A stretch of 64,000 nucleotides of DNA from Podarcis cretensis (Eukaryota): assembly GCA_951804945.1 (NCBI GenBank), contig OX638161.1, forward strand, positions 25,668,001-25,732,000, given 5' to 3'. The notes beneath the pieces were generated by a model. The model saw only the letters and a program-made list of their open reading frames with translations, searched no databases and was not told the origin of the DNA. Below, one piece after another: positions 14,611 through 25,720 of this stretch. Each line of letters opens with the position of its first letter. The stretch's first letter is position 1. The position numbers were made by a program, and so were the translations under genes.

Positions 14611-14956
14611 GGTAAAGGTAAAGGGAGCCCTGACCAGTTGTGACCAACTTTGGGGTTGCGGCGCTCATCTCGCTTTATTGGCTGAGGGAGCCAGTGTACA
14701 GCTTCCGGGTCATGTGACCAGCATGACTAAGCCGCTTCTGGCGAACCAGAGCAGCACACAGAATCGCTGTTTACCTTTTCGCTGGAGCGGTACCTATTTA
14801 TCTACTTGCACTTTGACGTGCTTTCGAACTGCTAGGTCGGCAGGAGCTGGGACTGAGCAATGGGAGCTCACCCCGTTGCGGGGATTCGAACCGCCAACCT
14901 TCTGATCGGCAAGTCCTAGGCTCTGTGGTTTAACCCACAGCGCCACCCCCATCCCC
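14611..14956 (-). mobile_element. Sauria SINE (squamate tRNA-derived SINE), near full length
   Basis: tRNA-like head at the right end (B-box GGTTCGAATCC on the minus strand), (ACCTTT)n-type tail at the left end (GGTAAAGGTAAAGG), characteristic Sauria SINE body, TSD TACAGCATCAAG at 14600-14611 and 14957-14968. Confidence 0.88.
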
Positions 14957-15067
14957 TACAGCATCAAGAGACAGAGTTAAACTTATATTTAGGAAGATAC
15001 TTGCTGCAGCAGACCAAACGCTTTATCATGTTTATTGCTCTCTTCGCTTATCGTAAAACTACCAATA

Positions 15068-15297
15068 CAGTGGTACCTTGGTTCTAGAACTTAATCCGTT
15101 ACGGGAGTCGGTTCAACTCCCGAAACCGTTTGAAAACCAATGCGCGACTTCCGATTGGCTGCAGGAGCTTCCTGCACTAAAGCGGATGTTCAGCTTCCAA
15201 AAAACATTTGCTAACTGGAACACTTAATTCTGGGTTTAAGGTGTTGGGGAGCCGATTTGTTCGACAACTAAGCCATTCGAGAACCAAGGAACCACTG
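15068..15297. mobile_element. Tc1/mariner (Tigger/pogo-like) MITE
   Basis: TIRs CAGTGGTACCTTGGTTCT ... AGAACCAAGGAACCACTG flanked by TA on both sides. Confidence 0.85.
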
Positions 15298-16164
15298 TAG
15301 ACCTATGGGCACGGCTGACTCAATACATTTTGGCACCCAAGGCAGATCCCAAAATTCCCTGCCAAGGAAGGAGTGAGGGAAGAAGGGCATATAAAGAAGA
15401 AGGGCAGGAAGGAGGGGGGAGAAAGATCAACAGTGGGATCTGCTGCTCCAGTGAATCCTGCTGCATAACGTGGTCACCTTGCCTTGCCTCATGAGTGGGC
15501 CGGCCCTGCCTATGGGAAATCCACAAGAATATGAATTCTTCCCATTAACTGGTGTTTAGTGGAACACTGCCTCCAATTCTGGGAGCAATATAGCCATCAT
15601 GACTAGTAGGCAATGTATAGCCTTAGCTTGTCCAGTCCCCCCTTTAAAAGCACCCAAGTCAGCAGCAATCACTATACCTTGCGGTCAAGAAGTGTGCCTT
15701 TCTCTGTCCCGAAGCTCCCACCGCTCCGTTTCATTGGATTCTGTTGCTAAAACTCTACATTCTAGTATGAGATTTTCTCCCTGAACACTTTCTCCACAGC
15801 ATAAGCCACCCTTCTAATCTGCTATTCTCTAAACCGAAAAAGCTCCAGAACATTGTAGCTTTTCCTCAAAGGGAAATTACTCCAGATCTCCCTAAACGCT
15901 GTGGCAGTCGTTTTCCTGTGCCCTCTCCTTTTCCCCCCACCTCAGAGCCCCAGTGTGATTTACAATGATGCACATGTTTTTGGGACTTGCCTACTTTTCT
16001 TTATGCTATAAAGAACTTAGTAGGACAGCAATGTTTAGTGAATTGGCCACTTTGTTAATGCAAAAAAAAAAAAAAAAGAAAGCTTGGATCTCTAATTCAT
16101 CAGCTAAAACTCAGTACAACTAATCTCTTATCAGGTAACAGCCCTGATAATTATGAATCAATGA

Positions 16165-16432
16165 TAATCATAGGATTGTAAAGTTGGGAAGGATACTGCA
16201 AGTCTAACTCCCTGTAATGCAGGAATCTCAACTAGAACATACATGACAGACAGCCATCCGACCTCTGCTTTAAAACCTCCCATGAAGGAAGGAAGGAAGG
16301 AAGGAAGGAGTGTGTCCACCATCTCTCGTGGGAGTCTGTTCCACTGTCGAACAGCTCTTATTCTCAGAAAGCACGTCCTGATGCTGACTCGGAATCTCCT
16401 TTCTTGTAACTTGAATCCATTTGTGTTCTTCC
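16165..16432 (-). mobile_element. CR1 LINE 3' fragment (ORF2 C-terminus + 3'UTR)
   Basis: The minus-strand translation TNGFKLQERRFRVSIRTCFLRIRAVRQWNRLPREMV matches the conserved CR1 ORF2 C-terminal motif. Interrupted by a (GGAA)n run. Confidence 0.8.
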
Positions 16433-16559
16433 AGGTACACACCCTTCGATACATCGATACACCAAGGTGCTACTGGAAGGAATTTTTTTATTTTGTTTCG
16501 ATACATCAGTCACTGGAGCGGGGGGGGGGGTAAAGAAACCATTTTCTGAGGCGAACCCT

Positions 16560-17130
16560 TTCAACCGCCACGATCACAAAAAACCCAGGGCGTGACGTCA
16601 CCGGCCATGGCACGCCGCCGCCGCGACTTACGAAAGCGGTCGCCAAAATGGCGGCCGCTTAAGGCAGGCAATCCAGAGAACCTTGCCCGAACGCACCACG
16701 CCGGCGCGGGCCCTGTTGCTAAGCAACGCCACCGGGCCGGGCGGAAGAAGGGAAGGCGGGCGCCGCGCACTTACGCAGTGGCGTCATCAGCGGAAGCTGG
16801 TGGGGGGTGGGTTGGTTGCCGCTTTGTCGGAGCAGGTGCTGCGGCTTGTTTTCGGTGAGGCGTTTAAAGGTCTGCGGCGGCTAAGCCCTTTTCAAGGTGC
16901 AGGGGGGAGGGGAGGCGGCGCGGCGGGGCAGGTGGCGTTGAAATGCGGTTAATACGGGGAAGCAACGCAATGCGTCATGGGAGAGCGCGGGGCCTAGTGG
17001 AGGAGGGGAAGGGTCGGCCCTGTCCTCTGCGGTTGTGGGGCGCGTGATACTCCGCTTAGGGCCAGTGAGGGGAGACAAGGGGCAGCCTGGCTGTGTCGGT
17101 GGGTCAGTTTAGGCGGGTAGGTCGCCTAAT
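16560..17130 (+). promoter_or_regulatory. CpG-island promoter of ATP6V0A1
   Basis: Dense CpG. Palindromic CRE GTGACGTCAC 16592-16601, YY1-type CAAAATGGCGGC 16644-16655, RFX-like GTTGCTAAGCAAC 16715-16727, ETS/GABP GCGGAAG at 16741 and 16790, GC boxes. Confidence 0.85.
16790..16854 (+). other. ATP6V0A1: Probable non-coding exon 1 of ATP6V0A1 (5' end approximate)
   Basis: Lies inside the CpG island after the ETS motifs and ends at a TCG|GTGAGG donor. The first coding exon has its own acceptor at 19609/19610, so an upstream exon is required. Confidence 0.55.
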
Positions 17131-19171
17131 CCAAGGTCCCCTGGTGGGAGGGGGAAGCAGAAGGTATTATATTTGAATGTGTGGGGGTGTCATTGGGTTT
17201 CAGGGGCGCCCCAGGGGTGAGCTGGTTTCTCCCATGGGTACCTTTGGAGAGGAGGAGGAGAGGGAGCTGTCCAGAACCTGTGGGGACGTTTAAGAGTGTA
17301 GGGAGGAGGCCGGTTTCATGCTGGGAGTGATACCTGGGGCGTTGCCTTCTTGTGGGCAGGCGGCGCTGGATGGATAAAATGTTGGGATGGTGATGGAGGA
17401 GCCACTTGATAACCCATTTGTTTCTGAGAAGTAGATGTCTCCTGCTGTTTGTCATCTGTTCCCTCTTTGGGGAGGGATGGGGGTTGCTGTTCATGTTGTA
17501 ATGTGGGGTGACAGCAGCTTCCTGCCTTTGTGTTAGGTATAAGAAGATGGAAGGCACATTCCTGCTCACCAAGGGGGTGAAATACAGTAAAGAGAAATTG
17601 CCCCAGTTTTGATGGGGTTGAGTGAAAATGGGCTCTGGCACATCAAAGAGATGCATTAAAGTCAGTTACAAGAATGGAGAGTTCTGCAAAGGGGAAAGAA
17701 TGTACTTCACTTTAAAAAAACTGAGGTGGGGGAGCTCAAGAGACAATAAATTGAAATGGGGATTCTAGTCTTAAGGATTCTTTAGATTCCTGTCATCCAG
17801 CACTTACTAACTTTATTAATTCATTAATGCTATCCTTCTGACGTGAAAGCATGTGTTCAAGCATGACATTTGTTTCGGTTGCTGCACCTTAGCTTGTATA
17901 AAATAATAATTGCAACTTTTCTTGGAGTTGGGCCTTACAAATTTGTCAGGCATTTGGGCAGATAAGCTCAAAGTTCAGTCATACTGCCGCTGTGGTGCCC
18001 TTGCAATGCCCCCATCTCTTGTTGAGTGGCTTATTGGAGTAAGATGCCAGAGTTAATTTGTAGTTAATTTTTTGGAAAGGCTCCTAGTCTCAGTAATTGT
18101 TAGCATTCAGCATGGATAATGTGTGCTGCTTTTTAACTCTTGCTGCTCAGCCATCAGTGAGCAGTAGCGTCAGTGCATTATTTTCATTGAATTAGTTATG
18201 TCAGAGCTTTCAAAACTTTTCATGTTGGTGACACACTTTTTAGACATACATCATTTCACAACACAGTAATTCAGTTTTACTAGCAAACTGGAGATTAAAC
18301 TAACCCCTTTCCAGCCCTGGTTGGAGTGTGGGGACCGTTTGCGCCACACACCTACACACTGCAACCGACACACAGTTTGGAAAGCTCTGATCTATACTAT
18401 ATTATAGCAAGCTATATTTTCACATGTATTTCCCAAGTACCTCCCTCTTTTGTCCACAGATCAAAAACCAAGTGGACAGTAGCAACACCATTCCAATCAT
18501 TGATGCATTAAATGCTTACAGCATCAATAGCAAGCAAGACAAAAGTATGGACTGGATAAATCTCTACATAGTGTTTTGCCTCAACTGTTTGAAAAAGACT
18601 TTCCAAGCAGAACAAAAAATGATTCACTTTTTAAAAAAATCTTCATTTATATGTTAATAAATTGAAATATTTCTGGACTCTGATTAAGCCCATATCATTC
18701 TGATGTGGCATTTCTTATGTCTCAAGCCTGACATTAGTGGTTCACTTTCTGTTTTATCAGCATGACTGAGGAGACTGCAAAACCAACCAGACTTTACTTT
18801 CACTGGATAATCCCTGTGGACTATGACATCCGGATGTTCTCCCATCCCTTAGTGAAAATAAGCTCTGAATCCCTATGCGACCAGCTAAATCTGCTGCAGT
18901 GCTATGTAACAGTTTTTCCCTGGAGATGGCTGTCAGCTGATAGGCTGCTGCTTGTGTTTCTGGGGCAGCAGCTTGCAGAGGTGCCACATGATGGGCAGCT
19001 GGTCATGAAGCATTAGCTGGAACTGAGAGGTGAAATTCAGAGGCAACAGAATTTTTGAGTGCTGCTTAGTAGGGGTTAGTTGTGTGTGGCGCATAAAAAT
19101 GAGACACCATGGAATAGGCTTTCCTTTTTTACAATTCTTAAATAATATTTTCAGAATTTTTATGCTCTTAA

Positions 19172-19423
19172 GAGCCAGTGTGGTGTAGTGGTTAAGAGCG
19201 GTAGTCTCGTAATCTGGGGAACCGGGTTCGCGTCTCCGCTCCTCCACATGCAGCTGCTGGGTGACCTTGGGCCAGTCACACTTCTTTGAAGTCTCTCAGC
19301 CCCACTCACCTCACAGAGTGTTTGTTGTGGGGGAGGAAGGGAAAGGAGATTGTTAGCCGCTTTGAGACTCCTGAAGGGGAGTGAAAGGCGGGATATCAAA
19401 TCCAAACTCCTCTTCTTCTTCTT

Positions 19424-19453
<30 letters not shown>
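19172..19453 (+). mobile_element. tRNA-derived SINE with (CTT)n tail (Squam3-like lacertid SINE)
   Basis: Pol III A-box TGGTGTAGTGG and B-box-like GGTTCGCGTC at the 5' end, SINE body, (CTT)n tail ~19410-19453. Confidence 0.8.
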
Positions 19454-19454
<1 letters not shown>

Positions 19455-19654
19455 ATTCAGTTTGAGGTGTTCCAGTCTTAGTTTTCAATCTCCGTGAGAG
19501 AGATATAAATTAATCTACAATATATGCCTTCCATGTACCTCAAAAGGTAGATAACAGAATTGATACCTTTCTGGTGAGTCTTACATTTATCCTCCTTTTT
19601 CTCTTAAAGGCAAAAGGATTCTCACCCTAGTTTGACTGGCTCTTCTCTCTCACT

Positions 19655-19771
19655 ATGGGGGAGCTCTTCCGGAGTGAAGAAATGACCCTTGCGCAACTTT
19701 TCCTTCAGTCTGAAGCAGCCTATTGCTGTGTCAGTGAACTGGGAGAACTTGGGAAGGTCCAGTTTCGAGAT
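19655..19771 (+). CDS. ATP6V0A1: V-ATPase V0 subunit a1, coding exon 1 (exon begins 19610)
   Basis: [39 protein letters not shown]; in-frame upstream TAG at 19628-19630; donor GAT|GTATGT; 117 coding nt. Confidence 0.97.
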
Positions 19772-20456
19772 GTATGTATCTGGCCCTGTTGGTCCACACA
19801 ATTTATTGTGTTGTTGTTTGTGACAACTGTTACCTATGCTCAAGGATTCCCCCCCCCCCATACTAGGATATAACTGAAGCATCTTTAGATTCTGTGAAGG
19901 TATTAACTATCAATGTTGCTGCCTTTTGTTGTGAATGATTGTTCTGTGCCCTACAATGATCAAGTACTTGCCTCCATCATAAGGTCCTAGTACAGGTTAC
20001 AGCAATTTAAAAATAAAATATTAGAAACAGTGTGAAACAAATTACAATCACAAGAATAGAATGGGTCCTGAAAAGATATCTCAAATGTTAAAAGCCAGGC
20101 GAAAGAGGTACGTCTGCAGCATAAACAGAAATCATACAGTGAAGGTGCTAGGTGTACCACTGTAGATAGATAGTTTTATAACAAAGGGGCTGCTGCAGAG
20201 AATGCTTTCTCCAGGGCTGCCACTGCTCTCTGAACTTCTAAGGGTGGTGGAACTAACAAATGGGCTCTTTATAGATCTTTTATTGATCAGGTAGCAATCC
20301 TTTGCGTTTTCTCTTTGAACAGTTAAAATGTTCATGAGCTTTCTGTGACATCACACCAATATAGTTTATGGTACTGAAGGGTTTGGAGATGAGCAATAAC
20401 TGGTTTTCAGTCACTGCACACATGTAATAGAAATTATGTTTTGTTCTTATTGACAG

Positions 20457-20535
20457 CTAAACCCTGATGTGAATGTGTTCCAGCGTAAATTTGTCAATGA
20501 AGTCCGGAGGTGTGAAGAGATGGACAGGAAACTTA
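20457..20535 (+). CDS. ATP6V0A1: ATP6V0A1 coding exon 2
   Basis: LNPDVNVFQRKFVNEVRRCEEMDRKL(R); AG/GT boundaries; 79 nt. Confidence 0.96.
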
Positions 20536-20569
20536 GTATGTCATTGCTTTCTCTTGCATGTGCATAGGC

Positions 20570-20705
20570 CAGGCATAGGCAAACTTTGCTCTCCAGATGG
20601 TTTGGGACTACAATTCCCATCATTCCTGACCACTGTTCCTGTTAGCTAGGGATGATGGGAGTTGTAGTCCCAAAACATCTGGAGGGCTGAGTTTGCCTAT
20701 GCCTG
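20570..20705. mobile_element. Palindromic hAT MITE (same family as 11274-11409, opposite orientation)
   Basis: Same TIRs CAGGCATAGGCAAAC/GTTTGCCTATGCCTG; 8-bp TSD GCATAGGC at 20562-20569 and 20706-20713. Confidence 0.9.
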
Positions 20706-21303
20706 GCATAGGCTGATGGGGCTAAATCAGTCTGGGATCCTTTAAACCTCTCCCCAGATTTCTGTGGCTATGCTAAATAATCTGCATATTGTACATTGTT
20801 GCAGAAATTAGAACAGGATCCAAATCACGAGAATATGATATACAACGTGACATGATAGTTAGCAGCATAACAGATAAAATAGAAGGAAAATAGATTCAAA
20901 TAGCAGCTAGCAAAAGTATAAGATGTCCTTGTTGTGTGGTAATGAACCCATAAGGTCAAAATTCCTTCGTATAAGTCTGGGGAGAGTGACGTGATTATTT
21001 AGTCCTCATGCAATTGTTATTTATTAAGGCATGCTGCATCCATTCTACTATCATGAAATCAGAACAAAATATATGGTAGTAATCTACTTTCTTTGACCTG
21101 TGGTTTTTAAACTATCATTTTGTAGATTATTTAAATGAGAAGAGATGTTCATAGTGGAGGTGTTTGTGTGGTCTGGTGGAATGGGGCATCAGATGATCAG
21201 TTGCACAGGGGAGATATGCAGATCCGTGAGGCCTTCTCTCACGTATATGATATTACATACTCTTCTTAAATCATCCCCTCATTACAGTTCTCCCCCTTTT
21301 TAG

Positions 21304-21401
21304 GGTTTGTGGAAAAGGAGATTAAGAAGGCCAACATTCCCATCACAGACACCGGCGAGAATCCAGAGGTGCCATTCCCCCGAGACATGATTGATTTGGA
21401 G
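21304..21401 (+). CDS. ATP6V0A1: ATP6V0A1 coding exon 3
   Basis: FVEKEIKKANIPITDTGENPEVPFPRDMIDLE; 98 nt; AG/GT boundaries. Confidence 0.96.
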
Positions 21402-22066
21402 GTAAATAACACTGTGGCTTGTAAAATCATAGCACCTTGGGGTTTTGCAAGGCTTATTTCTCTTGATACAGGGCTGTGAAAAGTGAATACTGAGTGGGAA
21501 AATCAGATTGCAGAGGAAATAGCTAGAACTGGATGCTGAATAGAGTTTTACAGAAAAGTCTGGGGGAATACCCTGACATATTTTCCTGGTTTGTTAACCA
21601 TGGTTCAGCCAGAGTTCCTTAGTCCAGACATTAACAAAGAACACTGGTTTAATACTAGCCACGGTCTTTGTTCTGAAGGTGGTGCACAATAGGGGATGAG
21701 GGAATAAAGTGTTTTGCTCCAGCACTTGTTCATGACTTCATAAGCAATCATCCAAACAGCCTTGATGGGAGCCCAGCTTTTATAGGTCTCTAGTTTTCCA
21801 ATAAAGGGAATCATAAATGCATCAGCCAATGACAGTTTAGTTACTGATTTATATAATTTGTTCAAGGGCATCTCTGGCTGTAAAAGTTAAAAATAATAGT
21901 TCTTTAATGTAGAAGATTATCTCTATTCTAGCATAGGATTTGAATTTGGCTATAGAGAGATTAAAGGAACTGACAGTTCATACATCGAGGAAAAGATGCG
22001 TCTACTACAGCATGTTGACAGCTAATAATCAACTCACTTTCTCCTTACTTCTCTTTTTTTCTGCAG

Positions 22067-22195
22067 GCAAACTTTGAGAAGATTGAAAATGAGCTCAAAG
22101 AGATTAATACCAACCAGGAAGCCCTGAAAAGGAACTTCCTGGAGCTGACCGAATTAAAATTTATACTGCGCAAAACTCAGCAGTTTTTTGATGAG
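22067..22195 (+). CDS. ATP6V0A1: ATP6V0A1 coding exon 4
   Basis: ANFEKIENELKEINTNQEALKRNFLELTELKFILRKTQQFFDE; 129 nt. Confidence 0.96.
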
Positions 22196-23457
22196 GTCAG
22201 AATATCGGATGTTTTTGCTTCTTATGCAGCTGGGCCAGCTCATCACAACCTTCCACTTTTCTTCTTGAGAATGCTTGTTTAAGTTGCAGTTTTGGGCAGC
22301 AGTGCCTCCCCTTAATTTCGAGAAACTTCTACAAGTTGTTTTCCATCATTCATGCAAACATATGAGCTAGCCACTCCATGGCTTACATTATGTGCAATTG
22401 CTAAGTGTTCATGTCTAGGTAAAATATTCCTCTGACACTTGTCAGAAGGGTGTATAAACCTTTGATCATGTAGAGCCCCCGAAAGATTCCTGGGGGCATG
22501 ATGGAAAAGGGCTTGGAAAGCAGAGCACCTATCCAGATTTCCAGTTGCTAGGATCAAAGTTTCAGTAATAAGGAAAACTGAATGCTAGGGTATTTCCAGC
22601 CTCATTTCTGCTAGCTAGACAAGCAAGAAAAGTATGGATGCACAGTGATCTGTCTCCCTCTTTTGAATAGCACAATGTTAGAACAGGTCAACAAGAGCTT
22701 TGCACAATCTGAGCCTTACCTAGGTGTCAGGCTGGGAGTCCCTGATGTGATTCAGACTTGCTGCTCATGCCCTTCAGATTTCTAGGCATCTGGACAGCCA
22801 GTTGGCTAGGATTTTTCTAGTCCTGTTAGTCATTTAGGAAGGGTAGTAGAGAAAGTGGCAGAAGTTAAAAAATCTGGATCAGCAACTATTTTTGACACAT
22901 CATTAAATGAATGTCACTAGCAAATCCAAACAAATGCTTTAGAAAAGTCTGTTCTTCCAGGTGGTGATATGATGGCACTGAACACGTTTAGATTTATGTT
23001 CCCAAGACTGTAGAGTTATTGACTCAATTAAGAGGCTTTTTGCAACCATGATATGTCATGTTCAACTTGGATAGTTGGAGCCCTGGTAAAGGCCTGAAAC
23101 CTGTGGTCCAGTAGTGCTACCCTCCCTCTAATTCAACACTCAGAGAAAAATGGATTTGTTAGGTAAACAAAATGGGATCTTGCTTTCCTTCTTTGAAAAA
23201 TGACAAGTTTTTTGCTGCCTCTGCTCTTGCTTTGTGGATGATAATGTGGGTGCTTGGGGAATATGATCAATAATGGGTCTAAGCTCCTTGTCTTCAAATG
23301 TTGAAAAACAGTTTGTAAGCTGTGGTCGGTTGGGGTGGTGCCTCCTGGACACACACACACACACGAGTTGTGCTTTGGGTTTTGCAGCTGCCATCTAAGT
23401 GTGGAATTTGGTATTGAATGTGACATTCAGCATCCTGAGAATCTTGGCTCGTGTATA

Positions 23458-23781
23458 CAGTGGTGCCCCGCAAGACGAATGCCTCGCAAGACGAAAAACT
23501 TGCTAGACGAAAGGGTTTTCCGTCTTTCGAGGTGCTTCGCAAGACGAATTTCCCTATGAGCTTGCTTTGCAAGATGAAAACGTCTTGCGAGTTCGTGCGA
23601 TTTTTTCCCTTTCCCCCCCCTTTTTCTAAGCCGCTAATAGCCGCTAAGCCGCTAATAGCCGCTAATAGCGCTAAGCCGCTAATAGCGCTAAGCCGCTAAT
23701 AGGGGTGCTTCGCAAGACGAGAAAACCGCAAGACGAAGAGACTCGTGGAACGAATTAATTTTGTCTTGCGAGGCACCACTG
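23458..23781. mobile_element. Tc1/mariner-type MITE with internal (AGCCGCTAAT)-like tandem array
   Basis: TIRs CAGTGGTGCCCCGCAAGACG ... GTCTTGCGAGGCACCACTG, TA TSD, repeated GCAAGACG subterminal motifs, short tandem array ~23628-23701. Confidence 0.88.
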
Positions 23782-25684
23782 TATATTAAACTGAGTGTCT
23801 GCCTGTTAAGGGTGCCAAGGTAGGATTGAAGGCAGTGTCTGGTGAAATCTCAGAATGTTGAGAGTAAATTGCACAGGATAAGCAAATATATAAGCAAAAA
23901 TTTGCTTTTTTCTCAGGAGCATCGATGGCCATAACTTAGCTTAATTACAAATGTGGCCTCTGGTAAAAATTAATTGCTGACCACGGTGATAGGGCCTTTC
24001 TAACGTTTCTGATATGATCCTTTGCTGTTAACCATCCACCTAGCACTAAGGCAGGGGGGCTGCATGGACAGCTTGTTCCGTCTGAGGTGCAATGCTCAAA
24101 TGGTTCTCAAGAAATACTTGAAGCAGCTGGAGCACTTAGAAATGTGACAGCTAGGATTAAGTGGATATATGCTCAACTTCCGCCTTTGAAATAAAAATGA
24201 AGTTCCGGACCCTTCGCAGTTGTGGAAAAACACTTGAACGTGTAGTGTTTGGGGAAGCATCCAATCTTGGTGCAACAAGTGCTGGTTAATTTTACTTTGG
24301 CTCGGCAACCTGCATCTATATGTGTAAATGTTGAGCTTTGTGTGTTGTTTGATGGCCAACTTAAGTATCATACCTGCTGAAGAGCAACCTTATATTGGAC
24401 TGCACAACACCAGCTACCTGACATTGAGTTTAGGTAAGTTACGTGATGATTTTGATTTTTGCCCTTTACCACAGCTGAGCTTTTTTTGCAGTGCCTTGTC
24501 TAGCAAATGTTTTTTCCAAGTTTTCCCACTTGGGCATTGCTGGAGTTGCAGTTCTTCCAAGTGCTTACTTGTACTAAATACATAGCGTAAATGTGAACAT
24601 TTACAGCAGGATCACATGATGGTGTGCTTCTTCATATAAAAGAACAATCCCTTCTAAGCAGCATGCCTGTTTTCTGCATACAGGATATTTTGTGTGGTGG
24701 AACATCCCATCACTGGAACTCCACCTGTGGTCTGAAGTGGTACATTCCAGACACAGGTTTGGCCACGTCTTCTGCTGCTTAAGAGAGCTAGGCCTTCACA
24801 ACTTTTCAGCTTCAAAATCTAAACAGGGTATAATGAATGGTAGTGCTTGCTGAATGGTGCAGTTGCCTCTACAAAGTCTCTTTTTAATGTTTTTAGGATT
24901 GGGGACCCATTTGAGCAACTGTTTAGACTAAGCAGGCCACGGTGAATAGTATGTACTGTGTAACTTTCCACTGAAATGTAGTTTCCTCAGAGTCATGAGT
25001 TGTTTCATGTTTGTTCTTTGAAAGAGCTTCACATAAATAGATGATGGTCCTGTCAGTGATTCAAATTTAGGGAGCGGAATTTAAGGTGGCACAACAGAGC
25101 TGTTGCTCAATCATCTTTTTTTCCAAACCACTGAGAAACTTGCTGCTGCAGTTCAACATTTGAAGACTTTGTAAAACTTTGGGGGAGTTTGTGAAATATT
25201 CATAACTTGACAGCAAGAAATGGTTTGCAAGGCCAAGTCTTTGATCTGTGGACCCTGAATTCAGTTGTGGGAGCTGCAGGAGGGAAGATGGGGCCCGACA
25301 ATTAACGAATGGGACCACAATGCCAGCGAAGCCATTTCTTGCCTATGAAAAAGGACTCAACGGTTTTGATTCTGCTAAAATGGTGATTCTTTTCTCGGTC
25401 TTCATATTTTTGCTTTGTGAAGAACAGTAAGAACTGGAGAAATATCTCTGGATCTATTAACCATAAGTGCCCCAGAGTAGACTGGAAGAAGACTGGAAAA
25501 GTAATGGTTAATGGCATGCAGTTTCCATCTCTTTCCTCTGGTTTCTTTCTTTTCTGTCATCATCTTCAACCCTTAGTTCTCATTCGCCATCTGTCATCTG
25601 TTCCTCCTTTTGGTGGTCCCTGCTGCAGTTGTTGCGGACTGTGAAAACTGTATCTGTGTTTACTCTTGTCATTCGCTCAAGGGC

Positions 25685-25685
<1 letters not shown>

Positions 25686-25718
<33 letters not shown>
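25686..25718. repeat. (GT)n microsatellite
   Basis: Perfect TG dinucleotide run. Confidence 0.9.

Positions 25719-25720
<2 letters not shown>

Noticed and set aside
17126-17656. 176-aa minus-strand ORF near the promoter
   Set aside because: Low-complexity antisense frame in G-rich intron 1 with no homology or splice support.
18761-18905. Acceptor-like site followed by ATG (MTEETAK...) as a possible N-terminal extension exon
   Set aside because: The donor is weak, and the in-frame TAG at 19628-19630 blocks fusion to the main ORF via the 19610 acceptor.
19172-19245. tRNA gene
   Set aside because: The A/B boxes continue into a SINE body and (CTT)n tail, so this is a tRNA-derived SINE head.
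19772-20456. Possible U12-type intron (GTAT.. donors at 19772 and 20536)
   Set aside because: The donors read GTATGT, not GTATCCTT, and no TCCTTAAC branch site is seen; they are ordinary U2 introns.
23458-23781. CRISPR-like appearance of repeated GCAAGACG and AGCCGCTAAT motifs
   Set aside because: Eukaryotic MITE with TIRs and TA TSD; no constant repeat/unique spacer structure and no cas genes.
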